A DNA stretch of 64,000 nt from contig JANXDH010000005.1 of NCBI GenBank assembly GCA_025059745.1, forward strand, positions 77,150 to 141,149, in the 5' to 3' direction. Shown piece by piece: positions 49,784 through 59,560 of the stretch. The position numbers and the translations under genes were made by a program. Every line of letters starts with the position of its first letter. Position 1 is the stretch's first letter. The notes under the pieces are model-generated. The model was not told the origin of the DNA. It did not search any database and saw only the letters and a program-made list of their open reading frames with translations. This DNA comes from Aigarchaeota archaeon (GTDB lineage Archaea; Thermoproteota; Nitrososphaeria_A; Caldarchaeales; Calditenuaceae).

Positions 49784-50062
49784 ATGGCCAACGTACCTAC
49801 AGTATACGTAGGAAGGAAGCCACTGATGAACTACGTCGTCGCGACCACAATGCCGTTGCTAGAGGGCAAGAGAGTTATAATAAAGGCGAGAGGTAGAGCT
49901 ATCAGCAGAGCTGTCGACGTCGTAGAGGTCGTGAGGAGGAGGTTCGTCCAAGACGCGATAATCGAGAGCATAGCGATCGGCACCGAGGAGGGTAGGATGG
50001 GAGCTGACGGTCGCGCTAGGAGCGTGAGCACAATCGACATAACCCTCACGAAGAGGACCTAA
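49784..50062 (+). CDS. albA: Alba (Sac10b) DNA/RNA-binding chromatin protein
   Basis: VYVGRKPLMNYV......G...V.IKARGRAISRAVDV.E..RRRF. ATG at 49784 preceded by GGTGGTG. Confidence 0.85.
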   Translation: MANVPTVYVGRKPLMNYVVATTMPLLEGKRVIIKARGRAISRAVDVVEVVRRRFVQDAIIESIAIGTEEGRMGADGRARSVSTIDITLTKRT

Positions 50063-50119
50063 ACTTTTTCGCTGTGTCGCTAAAGCATTATATCTGGATT
50101 TAATGAATATGGCTGAACC

Positions 50120-50980
50120 GTGATAGCTGAAGTAGATGACAGCCTAGTAGCTAAAGTGATCCCTCCCAGGAGGAGGAAGTCGAGGAAGGGCGAGAACGGC
50201 TCCGTGATGGTGATAGGTGGGAGCTATCTCTATCACGGGGCTCCCACACTAACAGCGCTGGCTGCGTACCGAGCAGGTGCTGATTTAGTGTACTTGTCCG
50301 TACCCGAGGTCATCAGCGTGCCCATCAGGGCCATCAGTCCTGCGTTGATAGTGATCCCGTTCTCTGATACGAAGCTCACCATGGGCGTAGTTAGGCGGAT
50401 CGTCAAGAACGTCCCGCGGGTCGACGCAGTAGCCATCGGCCCTGGACTATCTATTGCTGACACAGCGCCCCTCCTAACCCTGATCAAGGAGTTGCTGGGG
50501 AGGGGGATGCGGTTGGTCCTTGACGCCTCGGCCCTCATCCCTCAAGTACTCGAGATCATCAGCTCTCACAACGTCGTGCTCACCCCACACGCTGGCGAGT
50601 TCAAGAGACTCTTCGGCGTAGAGCCCTCTGACGACATGGAGGAGCGATGTGGGTTAGTGAGGGATGAGGCGAAGAAGCACGGAGTGACGTTGCTAGTCAA
50701 GGGAGCAGTTGACGTGATATCCGACGGAGACAGTACGTACATCAACAGGAGAGGGTCGCCCTCTATGACAGTTGGTGGGACGGGTGACGTCCTGACTGGT
50801 ATAGTGGCCACTTTACTCGCCAAGGGTCTGAACTCGGTGGAGGCAGCAGCGGCGGCAGTATACGTCAACTGCGTGGCGGGAGAGGAGGTGACCGAGAGGA
50901 TGGGGCTTCACATACTACCAACCGATGTGATAGAGGAGTTGCCCAACGTGATGAAGAGGTACGACAGGATCATCGATTAG
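50120..50980 (+). CDS. nnrD: ADP-dependent NAD(P)H-hydrate dehydratase (YjeF C-terminal/carbohydrate kinase family)
   Basis: KGENGSVMVIGGS..YHGAPTLTALAAYRAGADLVYL and the GGTGDVLTG motif. Confidence 0.8.
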   Translation: MIAEVDDSLVAKVIPPRRRKSRKGENGSVMVIGGSYLYHGAPTLTALAAYRAGADLVYLSVPEVISVPIRAISPALIVIPFSDTKLTMGVVRRIVKNVPRVDAVAIGPGLSIADTAPLLTLIKELLGRGMRLVLDASALIPQVLEIISSHNVVLTPHAGEFKRLFGVEPSDDMEERCGLVRDEAKKHGVTLLVKGAVDVISDGDSTYINRRGSPSMTVGGTGDVLTGIVATLLAKGLNSVEAAAAAVYVNCVAGEEVTERMGLHILPTDVIEELPNVMKRYDRIID

Positions 50981-53015
50981 AAGCGGTGCTCTTCAACATC
51001 TCCCTCAGACGTTCCAGCTCAGTCGTGGGTAGGTTGCACGTGAAGCCCTTGCAATAATAAAACGCGGTCCTACCATCGATCGGCTTTTTGTCACCCGTTA
51101 CGCCCTCTAACGGACGGGGTCTTCGGGTCTCACTGAACGTCGCGACTGAGAGGTAAGGGTGAAACGGTATAGATGACCCGACCCTCAACGAGCACTCCTC
51201 TAGGTCTTCCTCACCCACGGCGCAGAACAGCTGGCCGGCCTCTGGCGTCAATAATCCGAGATTGGATATCATATACGTGTAGTTTAACGGGTAAGCCCTC
51301 ATCCTGTCCCAGAAGTTGAGGACTATCCTCCTCGCAGAGTCCAGGTATTCAGACCTCCCGGTGAGTTGATGCATCTTTGCCAGCGCCGATACTGCCATTG
51401 AATTGCCGCTCGGTACAACACCATCAACTGCGTCGATCACTCGGAGGTGCTCGCTCTTATAAGACCTCGGCACGTTGTAGAGTGCCCCTGAGTCGGAGCG
51501 GAACTCTTTGAGCATCACGTCAATCAACATCTCCGCTATCTCTAGATATTTCTCCCTACCCGAGTAGGAATACAGGTCGATCAGAGCATTGGTGAGGTGG
51601 CTGTAGTCCTCTAGAGAGCCTCGGTGCCTCGATGGTCCATCAAGCCAGTAGCGCCATAAACTTTCACCATCGAAGAGTTTCGTCGTCAAGAAGTCTGCAA
51701 CTCTCATAGCCACCTCTATCAGATCTCTCTGGTTCCATATCCAACCCGCGTACGCGAGCGAGGAGATTAGGAGACCGTTCCACGAGGTGATGATCTTCTT
51801 ATCAATGAACGGAGGGGCCCTCTTCTCCCTATGAGAGCGCAACTTGGTCCGCACATATTTCACGGCCTCCGCGGGTGATGTGCCGAGAGCGCTCGATATC
51901 TCATCGACAGTACCCCTTACCGTCAGAACGTTCATACCGTCATTGAAGTTGCCGCCGTCCGTGACGCCGTAATAGGAGGAGACCACTTCTCCGACGCTCT
52001 CCCCGAACAGCTCGAGTAACTCACTCCTCCTCCACACGTAGTACCTGCCCTCCTCGCCCTCTGAGTCCGCGTCGACGGCTGCAAAGAAACCGTTACCGTC
52101 GAACATCTCACGGAGCAGCCACGCTATCACATCGAGCGCGCACTCCTTGAAGAGCTCGACCCCTAGCAACTTGTGGGCCTCCGCATAGACGCCCAAGAGC
52201 AGAGCGTTGTCGTAAAGCATCTTCTCGAAGTGTGGGATCGTCCATGAGTTGTCAGTCGAGTACCTGTGAAACCCTCCCCCCACCTGGTCGTAGATCCCTC
52301 CCTGGTACATATTCCTGAGGGTCTTATCGAGCATCAACGCAGCCAGCCTTTCCCTCCTCCACCAGTAGAACCTCGCGATCAACCTGAGGTACGTGGGCAT
52401 GGGGAACTTCGGTGCTCCTCCGAAACCGCCGAATCTGTTGTCGAAGCTCATGACCAACTGATCGTAGGCCTCGGACATCGGATCCATGGTAACGTCCGTC
52501 TCCACGTAGTTGGTGGAGAGGGAGGCTCTGAGTAGACTGGTGACCTCCTCTGAGCTCTTGATCAGCTCTTCCCTCCTCTCGTTCCACGCGTTGACCACAG
52601 CCCTTAGGACCTCCATGAAGCTCGGTAAGCCCATGCTCCTCTTGGGTGGAAAGTAGGTACCTCCGAAGAACGGTTTCAGGTCAGGTGTCAGGAAGACCGT
52701 TAGAGGCCACCCTCCGTGCCCCGTCATCGCTTGGACCGCCCTCATGTAAAACTCATCGACCTCCGGCAACTCCTCTCGGTCGACCTTGACAGGTACGAAG
52801 TGCCTGTTCAGGAACTCAGCGACCTTAGGGTCCATGAAACTCTCCCGCTCCATCACTGAACACCAGTGACACGAGGAGTACCCTATGCTCAGGAAGATCG
52901 GTCTCTGCAACTCTCTTGACATATTGAAGGCCACCTCTCCCCACGGGAGCCAGTTCACGGGGTTCTCGGAGTGCCTCCTCAGATATGGGCTCTTCTCCCT
53001 AGCGAGCGAGTTCAA
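50970..53015 (-). CDS. Thioredoxin-domain protein of the DUF255/YyaL (SPATA20-like) family with (alpha/alpha)6 barrel
   Basis: SPYLRRHSENPVNWLPWGE..IFLSIGYSSCHWCSVMERESF is the family's hallmark N-terminus. 681 aa. Confidence 0.8.
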   Translation of the reverse strand: MNSLAREKSPYLRRHSENPVNWLPWGEVAFNMSRELQRPIFLSIGYSSCHWCSVMERESFMDPKVAEFLNRHFVPVKVDREELPEVDEFYMRAVQAMTGHGGWPLTVFLTPDLKPFFGGTYFPPKRSMGLPSFMEVLRAVVNAWNERREELIKSSEEVTSLLRASLSTNYVETDVTMDPMSEAYDQLVMSFDNRFGGFGGAPKFPMPTYLRLIARFYWWRRERLAALMLDKTLRNMYQGGIYDQVGGGFHRYSTDNSWTIPHFEKMLYDNALLLGVYAEAHKLLGVELFKECALDVIAWLLREMFDGNGFFAAVDADSEGEEGRYYVWRRSELLELFGESVGEVVSSYYGVTDGGNFNDGMNVLTVRGTVDEISSALGTSPAEAVKYVRTKLRSHREKRAPPFIDKKIITSWNGLLISSLAYAGWIWNQRDLIEVAMRVADFLTTKLFDGESLWRYWLDGPSRHRGSLEDYSHLTNALIDLYSYSGREKYLEIAEMLIDVMLKEFRSDSGALYNVPRSYKSEHLRVIDAVDGVVPSGNSMAVSALAKMHQLTGRSEYLDSARRIVLNFWDRMRAYPLNYTYMISNLGLLTPEAGQLFCAVGEEDLEECSLRVGSSIPFHPYLSVATFSETRRPRPLEGVTGDKKPIDGRTAFYYCKGFTCNLPTTELERLREMLKSTASNR

Positions 53016-53129
53016 CTCTAATCAGATATGATCGTTCTCCCATGCTATTACCTTTGAGGTACGACGTCTAAGGGTATAAGCGCCTTAACAAAGGATAAAA
53101 GAGAGCGCTCCCCACGGGAGCTGCTGAGT

Positions 53130-54140
53130 TTGTCCTCCAACCGCCTCACTGTAACGATCGTTTTGGCGGGTATTCAACCGTTAGTGATAATCTGGGCACT
53201 TGTCATGGGTAGCGTCGACGTTACGCTCGGTCAGCTACTCGAGATACTCAGAGTCGGTCCCACCGGGGATATAGCATCTAGGGTCGTCTGGGAGATCAGG
53301 CTGCCGAGGACACTCGGTGCCTGGCTGGGTGGGTGCTCGCTCGCGATAGCCGGGATAATGCTCCAGGTGTACTTCAGGAATCCTTTGGCGGACCCCTATA
53401 TACTAGGTATCTCAGCTGGGTCCTCTCTCATGGTTGCTCTTGTCATCTTCGGTGGGTTCACCTTGGGGATCATGACCTCGCCCTACGATCCGTACGCGCT
53501 CTTCATGGGCAGCTTAGCGGGCGCCTTGATGGCGTCCGTGCTCATAGTCTCGATCTCGATCGTCACTAACAGGCACACGGTGATCCTCCTCGCAGGCCTC
53601 CTCTTCTCTTACCTAGCCTACTCGATCACGACGATAGTCCAGTACTTGGTCGACATAGAGAGGTTCAGGGCCTACGTCTTCTGGATGTTTGGTAGTTTCG
53701 GCGGCGTGAAGTGGTCCTTGTTGATCCCCGCGTCCATCGCTATGATCGCAGCCTCCCTATTGTCAATAGCACTCGCGAAGCCACTGAACGCGCTCTTGAT
53801 GGGTGAGGATTACGCTAGGTCGATGGGCGTGAACATAAGGGTAACGAGGATTTCGCTGATACTCTTCTCGTCTTTGATGGCCTCGAGCGTGACGTTACTC
53901 GCAGGGCCGGTGGGCTTCATAGGAATAGCGGTCCCCTACGTATCTAGGTCGATCCTGAGGACATCAGACAATAGGTACCTGATTCCGTTCTCTGCCTTAG
54001 CCGGCTCCACCATCACCGTCTCCGCGGACGTCCTCGCCAGGACTGTAATCAGCCCCGTGGAGTTGCCCATCAGCGCGATAACCGCCATGATCGGCGTCCC
54101 GCTTATAATCGCGTTACTCCTCAAGGAAAGGGGTATATGA
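53130..54140 (+). CDS. FecCD/BtuC-family ABC permease (iron-siderophore/cobalamin type)
   Basis: Ten-TM layout with LPRTL, GLLFSYLA and GPVGFIGIAVPY motifs. TTG start. Confidence 0.8.
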   Translation: MSSNRLTVTIVLAGIQPLVIIWALVMGSVDVTLGQLLEILRVGPTGDIASRVVWEIRLPRTLGAWLGGCSLAIAGIMLQVYFRNPLADPYILGISAGSSLMVALVIFGGFTLGIMTSPYDPYALFMGSLAGALMASVLIVSISIVTNRHTVILLAGLLFSYLAYSITTIVQYLVDIERFRAYVFWMFGSFGGVKWSLLIPASIAMIAASLLSIALAKPLNALLMGEDYARSMGVNIRVTRISLILFSSLMASSVTLLAGPVGFIGIAVPYVSRSILRTSDNRYLIPFSALAGSTITVSADVLARTVISPVELPISAITAMIGVPLIIALLLKERGI

Positions 54141-54179
54141 AAGACATATAAGCGGGGATATGGTTGGCTATTCCATCCA

Positions 54180-55406
54180 ATGGATACCTCATTAGAGAGT
54201 AAAGACCTCGCAGCGGGTTACGCCAACCTAAAGGTCCTCGATAAAGTCACCTTAGGGATAAAGAGGGGCGAATTAGTAGTCGTGTTGGGACCGAACGCCG
54301 CCGGGAAGTCGACGCTTCTGAAGACGCTTGCTGGTCTGCTGTGGCCGCTCGGGGGCGTGGTCTACATCGATGGGATAGAACTCACCGGGTTGAGGCCCAC
54401 CGAGATCGCGAAGAGAGTAGGGTTGCTGTTGACTGACAGGTTGAGGATGAGCAGGATGACCGCTATGGAGGTCGTGTCCATGGGACGGTATCCGTACACA
54501 GGTCCCCTAGCTCGTTTATCGGAGAGAGATCGCTTGGTCGTCAGAGAGTGCATGATGTTGACCGGCACGCTCGAGCTGTCTGAGAGGCCCTTCGATGAGC
54601 TGAGCGATGGACAGAAGCAGAAGGTCATGTTGGCCCGCGCACTGGCGCAGGAGCCCAGAGTCCTGATCCTTGATGAACCGACAACGCACTTGGACCCGAG
54701 GAACAGGGTCGAGGTCTGCCTCCTACTCAAGAGAATAACAGAGACCAAGGGGATATCCGCGATAGCATCGTTACACGACGTTGAGCTCGCCCTTCGGATC
54801 GCTGATAAGCTGCTCGTCGTATCATCGGGCTCGGTCGCGCTCTACGAGTCTCCGGAGGAGTTCGTCTATGCGGGCGGTGTGGGCGACCTGTATGGGTTCA
54901 ATCGATACCTCTCGTTCGACGAGAGGACTATGACGATCGAGGTCAGAGCCAACTCTCAGGACGACGATAAATTAGCGGTATTTGTCATCGCGGGTGGAGG
55001 GACCGGTGCTCTCGTATACAGAGCCCTTGTCAGACAGGGTCACCGAGTCTCCACCGGAATACTTCACTCGAATGACGTGGACTACTCAGTCGCTAGAGGC
55101 CTAGGTATAGAGGTGATCTCCGAGAAGCCTTTTGAGGAGATCAAGCCCGAGACGTTCGCATCAGGAAAGGAGGCGCTGATGAACGCCGACGTAGTGGTCT
55201 ACACGAACCCCCCTCTAGGCACCATCAACGCACTCAACTCTGAGCTCGTGAGGTTTGCCCACTCTTCCGGTAAAACAGTTATCAATGTAGACGTTAATCG
55301 CAAGTTCTGGATCCAAGAACTTCTCAGATCGATGTCAGAGGCCTCAACGTCTGTGAAGCGTAACCACCTCATACGTCGATCATTATACCCGGGTTTAGTA
55401 TATTAG
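54180..55406 (+). CDS. ABC ATP-binding protein (FepC/BtuD type) with about 150-aa extra C-terminal domain
   Basis: Walker A GPNAAGKST, signature LSDGQKQK, Walker B LILDEPT. Residues ~255-408 (VFVIAGGGTGALVYRALVRQGHRV...) form an additional Rossmann-like segment of unknown function. Confidence 0.8.
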   Translation: MDTSLESKDLAAGYANLKVLDKVTLGIKRGELVVVLGPNAAGKSTLLKTLAGLLWPLGGVVYIDGIELTGLRPTEIAKRVGLLLTDRLRMSRMTAMEVVSMGRYPYTGPLARLSERDRLVVRECMMLTGTLELSERPFDELSDGQKQKVMLARALAQEPRVLILDEPTTHLDPRNRVEVCLLLKRITETKGISAIASLHDVELALRIADKLLVVSSGSVALYESPEEFVYAGGVGDLYGFNRYLSFDERTMTIEVRANSQDDDKLAVFVIAGGGTGALVYRALVRQGHRVSTGILHSNDVDYSVARGLGIEVISEKPFEEIKPETFASGKEALMNADVVVYTNPPLGTINALNSELVRFAHSSGKTVINVDVNRKFWIQELLRSMSEASTSVKRNHLIRRSLYPGLVY

Positions 55407-56760
55407 CAGGGTCGAAGAGCCTCTTTAGGGCCCTCATGTAGCTCAACGCTGGTCCGTGCTGCAACTCCATGAACTCCTTCTTCTCCACGCCTACGCCGTG
55501 CTCTGCCGATGCGGCACCTCCCACCGTTATCGCGTACTTCACCAGCTCCTTGTTCGCGGAGTTCGCCCTCTCCCAATGGTCCTTTTTCGATCTGTCACTT
55601 AGCCAGTTCGCGTGTATATTCCCATCGCCGAGGTGACCGAATACGGCGACTTCTACGCTGTACCTCTCACTGAGATCGTAAATGTACCGTATAGTCTCCT
55701 TTAGTTTGGACAGAGGAACTATAACGTCCCCTGTGACGGGTGATCTGCACTCTCTGAGTATCGCTGGATAAGCCCCCTTCCGAGCCCTCCATATCGCCAT
55801 CCTCTCGCTCTCCGACGAGGTAACGACGTGATCGTCACAACCGTTCTTCTCGATTATCTTGACCGCTTCTCTTACCTCGATCTGAACTCCCTGATCGGAG
55901 AAGCCGTGGAACTCGATAACTATCATGGACGCGTCATCTTTGACCTGTAGGCCGAGGTGTTCAGAGATCAGGGCGACCGTCCTCCTGTCAAGGAACTCGA
56001 CCGCTGCAGGTTCCAAACCCTCGGACCTGATATCGGTTATACTATCCAGTGCGTTCTCGTAGTCCCTGAAGTGGGCGACGAGGAGCCTCCTGACTCGGGG
56101 TAACCTCTTCACCCTGAGAGTGGCCTCCGTGATCACCCCCAGAGTGCCCTCAGACCCGACGACCAGCCTGACCAGATCGTAACCCACCGAGGTCTTGAGT
56201 GCGTTACAACCGAACCTCATCACCTCCCCGCTCGGCAAGACCACTGTGAGGGACAGCACGTAGTCCCTCGTGGTACCGTACTTGAGAGCCATGATCCCTG
56301 AGGCGTTACTCGCCACCATTCCACCGATAGTGCAGGAGACCGCGCTGCCAGGGTCTGGGGGAAAGAAGAGGCCGTAGACAGAGAGATGTCTGTTTAGGTC
56401 CTCATATACGATCGAGGGCTGGACATCGACCCACATGTCCTCGGGATTCACGGAGATGACCTTGTTCATCCGCATCACGTTCATCACTATCCCTCCGTGC
56501 TGAGGTACACAAGACCCTACCAAGCTGGTGCCCGCGGCCCTCACGGTGACAGGTATCCTATTAGTTGTGGCGTACCTCAAGATCGCCGACACCTCATCGG
56601 TACTCCCGGGCCAGACTACGACCTCCGGTAAGGAGAACCCTGAGACATACGCGTCATTTGCATTCGTCACTAGGTCGACCTCGTCTCTCGATACGTACCT
56701 CTCGCCCAGTAGTTCCCTCAAAAAGGCTATGTCGGCCTCATCTACCTTCTTATACATCAC
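55369..56760 (-). CDS. FAD-linked oxidase (GlcD/D-lactate dehydrogenase family)
   Basis: PCMH-type FAD-binding domain (VVWPGSTDEVSAILRYA..IPVTVRAAGTSLVG) and C-terminal FAD-oxidase domain (SAEHGVG). Confidence 0.8.
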   Translation of the reverse strand: MMYKKVDEADIAFLRELLGERYVSRDEVDLVTNANDAYVSGFSLPEVVVWPGSTDEVSAILRYATTNRIPVTVRAAGTSLVGSCVPQHGGIVMNVMRMNKVISVNPEDMWVDVQPSIVYEDLNRHLSVYGLFFPPDPGSAVSCTIGGMVASNASGIMALKYGTTRDYVLSLTVVLPSGEVMRFGCNALKTSVGYDLVRLVVGSEGTLGVITEATLRVKRLPRVRRLLVAHFRDYENALDSITDIRSEGLEPAAVEFLDRRTVALISEHLGLQVKDDASMIVIEFHGFSDQGVQIEVREAVKIIEKNGCDDHVVTSSESERMAIWRARKGAYPAILRECRSPVTGDVIVPLSKLKETIRYIYDLSERYSVEVAVFGHLGDGNIHANWLSDRSKKDHWERANSANKELVKYAITVGGAASAEHGVGVEKKEFMELQHGPALSYMRALKRLFDPANILNPGIMIDV

Positions 56761-56792
56761 CAGCTCCCTCTGGTATGGATACAGTTAAAAGC

Positions 56793-57176
56793 TTATTTAT
56801 CGAACTCCTCGAGGAGGTCCTTGACGCTCTTGCTCTCCCCCCCTTTCAGGACCGAGACGGTGGTGTCGAGCCTCACGTTCAATCTTAGGCTCCTGAACAG
56901 CCTCATCAACTCCCCACCAGATATGCTAGGCTTAAGTCTTCCCGCCTCTATGAGCCTCACCAGCCTCTCGGCCACCTCCTCGACTATATCCCTCCTCAAC
57001 TTGAGTGCCTCGGAGAGGACTTCATCCCCTCTATCAGTCAGGTACTTTTTCAACTCCTCCACGTAATCCACCTTCTTCTCTCCCTGCTCCGTCTTCTCTC
57101 TCTCAACGCTTCGGGACAGGTACTCCATCATCCTCTTCAATCTGAGGCGTTTGATCTCGATGTCCTCGTCACTCAT
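56793..57176 (-). CDS. PDCD5/TFAR19-like dsDNA-binding protein
   Basis: Charged N-terminal helix, then ..VAERLVRLIEAGRLKPSISGGELMRLFRSL.., matching the archaeal PDCD5-homologue pattern. Confidence 0.5.
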   Translation of the reverse strand: MSDEDIEIKRLRLKRMMEYLSRSVEREKTEQGEKKVDYVEELKKYLTDRGDEVLSEALKLRRDIVEEVAERLVRLIEAGRLKPSISGGELMRLFRSLRLNVRLDTTVSVLKGGESKSVKDLLEEFDK

Positions 57177-57264
57177 CCGAGGGCCCCCTGATATCTAGCA
57201 CGCACCCCGTATTTAGATTTCTAGGAAAAACGATTATATCATCCATGTCCTCAACTAACAGAGA

Positions 57265-58641
57265 ATGAGGTCTGAGACTGCAAGGGACCTCGCGTTGGCT
57301 ATAATGAGAGGTCAGCCGACTTCTGAGGAAGTCGTCTCGATCTTCATAGAGAGGATAAAGAGATTGAACGAGAGGTTGCACTACTTCATAACCATCGATG
57401 AGCAGGCCTCCCTGTCTCAGGCGAGGGCATGCGACGCGACGCTGAGGAGGACGCACCCGTCATCGATGCTACACGGAGTCCCTATGTCCGTTAAAGACGT
57501 AATCTCCGTGAGCGGGTTCCCGATGACGCTCGGGTCGAGGTTGTTCAGTAAAGTCCCCTCGAAGAGGGATGCCGAGTGTGTCGCCAGATCGAAAAGGGCC
57601 GGCCTGGTAATAATAGGGACGACCAACCTCCACGAGCTAGCGTCAGGCGTGACCAGCGTCAACCCACACTATGGAGCGGTCCTAAACCCATGGGATGAGA
57701 ACAGGATCGCTGGTGGATCGAGCGGCGGCTCTGCAGCATCAGTCGCGCTTGGTGTGTCCGCTATATCATTGGGTACAGATACCAGCGGTTCAGTGAGGAT
57801 ACCGGCATCTCTATGCGGGGTGGTCGGTTTCAAACCGACATACGGCCTTGTCGGGACATCTGGGGTCTTCCCGTTGGCGTGGAGCTTGGATTGCGTCGGT
57901 ATACTGGCGAGGGGGGTGATCGATACGCGCCTCCTGTTCAAGGAAATCGTTCACTCCGACTACTCGCACTTGGTTGAGAGCCGTCCTGACGCAAACCTCA
58001 GGAGCTTAAGGATCGGTGTGCCTTGGGACTTCTTTGAGGACTTCACGAGCGCCGAGTGCCTCCAAGCTTTTAAAAAATTCTTAGACGATCTTGACGACTT
58101 AGAACAGGAGATACTAGACGTCGAGATACCGTGGATGGAGAGGGCTGAATGGGTCTGGAGGGTCATAAGACGCAGCGAGGCAGCCGTGATCCACGGTAGG
58201 TTCGTCCAGAAGTCGCCCGAATTGATAGGAGACGACGTCCTCGCGATCTTAAAGGACGGCATGAAGTACACAGCCGTAGACTATATAACCGCGATGAAGG
58301 AGAAGGAGAAACTCACCGCGAAGTTCGACGATCTCATGGAGAACATTGACCTACTAGCTCTGCCGACAACCCCCGTAGTAGCGCCTAGGATCAACGAGAG
58401 GGAGGTAGACATCAACGGGAGGAGAGTCAGCGTTTACGAGGCTCTGACGAGGTACACCTATCCCTTCAACGTGGTGGGCGCACCGGCCATCTCACTGCCG
58501 ATAGGATTTAACGCTGAGGGGCTGCCAATAGGCGGGCAGCTAGTGGGGCATCGGTACGGTGACGGTAAGCTACTGGATTTGGGGGCGAACTACGAGGCGT
58601 CAGTCAACGGTTTCAGGATGAGGTCCCAAACACTCTTGTGA
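57265..58641 (+). CDS. Amidase-signature family protein (GatA-like)
   Basis: Amidase signature GGSSGGSAASVA..GTDTSGSVRIPAS. No gatB or gatC adjacent, so the tRNA-amidotransferase role is not assumed. Confidence 0.8.
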   Translation: MRSETARDLALAIMRGQPTSEEVVSIFIERIKRLNERLHYFITIDEQASLSQARACDATLRRTHPSSMLHGVPMSVKDVISVSGFPMTLGSRLFSKVPSKRDAECVARSKRAGLVIIGTTNLHELASGVTSVNPHYGAVLNPWDENRIAGGSSGGSAASVALGVSAISLGTDTSGSVRIPASLCGVVGFKPTYGLVGTSGVFPLAWSLDCVGILARGVIDTRLLFKEIVHSDYSHLVESRPDANLRSLRIGVPWDFFEDFTSAECLQAFKKFLDDLDDLEQEILDVEIPWMERAEWVWRVIRRSEAAVIHGRFVQKSPELIGDDVLAILKDGMKYTAVDYITAMKEKEKLTAKFDDLMENIDLLALPTTPVVAPRINEREVDINGRRVSVYEALTRYTYPFNVVGAPAISLPIGFNAEGLPIGGQLVGHRYGDGKLLDLGANYEASVNGFRMRSQTLL

Positions 58642-58730
58642 ACCGCAGTCGAACGTAATCCAGATACCATTAATCGCGATATCTTCCAGTCATTCACGAT
58701 ACCCCAAAGCTAATATACTGGGCGATCTGC

Positions 58731-59177
58731 GTGCTCAAGCTGGGTAGCATAGAGTTGTCAGAGAGGTACTCTGTGCCGGAAGGCTTGTATTATACGCGGG
58801 ATCACGAGTGGGTGAAGCTCACGGGTAAGAGGACTGCCCTGATCGGGATAACGGATTACGCTCAGAGGAAGCTCAGGGAGATAATATACGTTGAGCTCCC
58901 TCAACCCCAGACCAGAGTCGTTCAGAAACAGGTCATCGCTACGGTAGAGTCGGTGAAGGCCAGCGTCGATATATATGCGCCCCTGACAGGAAAATTATTG
59001 GAGGTGAATACCAAACTAGCCGACAGTCCGGAACTGATCAACGACTCCCCCTACGATGACGGTTGGCTGGCGAGGTTTGAGATCGCGGACGAGTCAGAGC
59101 TTCAGACCCTGATGGAGGCTGACGAGTACTCTAGGTATATCGCCGAGTTAGAGGAGGAGGCGGGGGAGGAGGAGTGA
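58731..59177 (+). CDS. gcvH: Glycine cleavage system H-like lipoyl carrier protein
   Basis: YTRDHEWV..IGITDYAQ..L.EI.YVELP and the lipoyl-lysine context VESVKA. GTG start. Confidence 0.85.
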   Translation: MLKLGSIELSERYSVPEGLYYTRDHEWVKLTGKRTALIGITDYAQRKLREIIYVELPQPQTRVVQKQVIATVESVKASVDIYAPLTGKLLEVNTKLADSPELINDSPYDDGWLARFEIADESELQTLMEADEYSRYIAELEEEAGEEE

Positions 59178-59219
59178 TATCGAGGAGCATATATATCCAG
59201 GGGACACGGTAGTAGACCC

Positions 59220-59552
59220 ATGAGGGTGAGGGTTCACAGGGTCACCTCGTATCAGGACCCTGAGACTGGCAGACCGGGCAAACTGATCGAGCTGGTGGAG
59301 GTAAGGAAGAGCGCCTCTCAGTTCACCGGAATGAGCGAGGAGTCGATGATCGCGCAGCGCATGATTCAGGGAGTCTTCGTACAGTTGCAGAGCATGGGGT
59401 TGGTCCCACCAATATCTAAGGACGTCATACTCCCGAAGATGACCCTAATCCTCTCAGAGGAGGAGTACGATAGACTGAACGTCAGGTTCGAGGTCAACGA
59501 AGAGTTCGAGGTTGAATTCAAGGACTCCAAGATCTCCTTCACTCCCGCATAG
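59220..59552 (+). CDS. Hypothetical protein (110 aa)
   Basis: Clean ORF with an ATG start. No family recognised. Confidence 0.45.
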   Translation: MRVRVHRVTSYQDPETGRPGKLIELVEVRKSASQFTGMSEESMIAQRMIQGVFVQLQSMGLVPPISKDVILPKMTLILSEEEYDRLNVRFEVNEEFEVEFKDSKISFTPA

Positions 59553-59560
59553 GTGAACGA

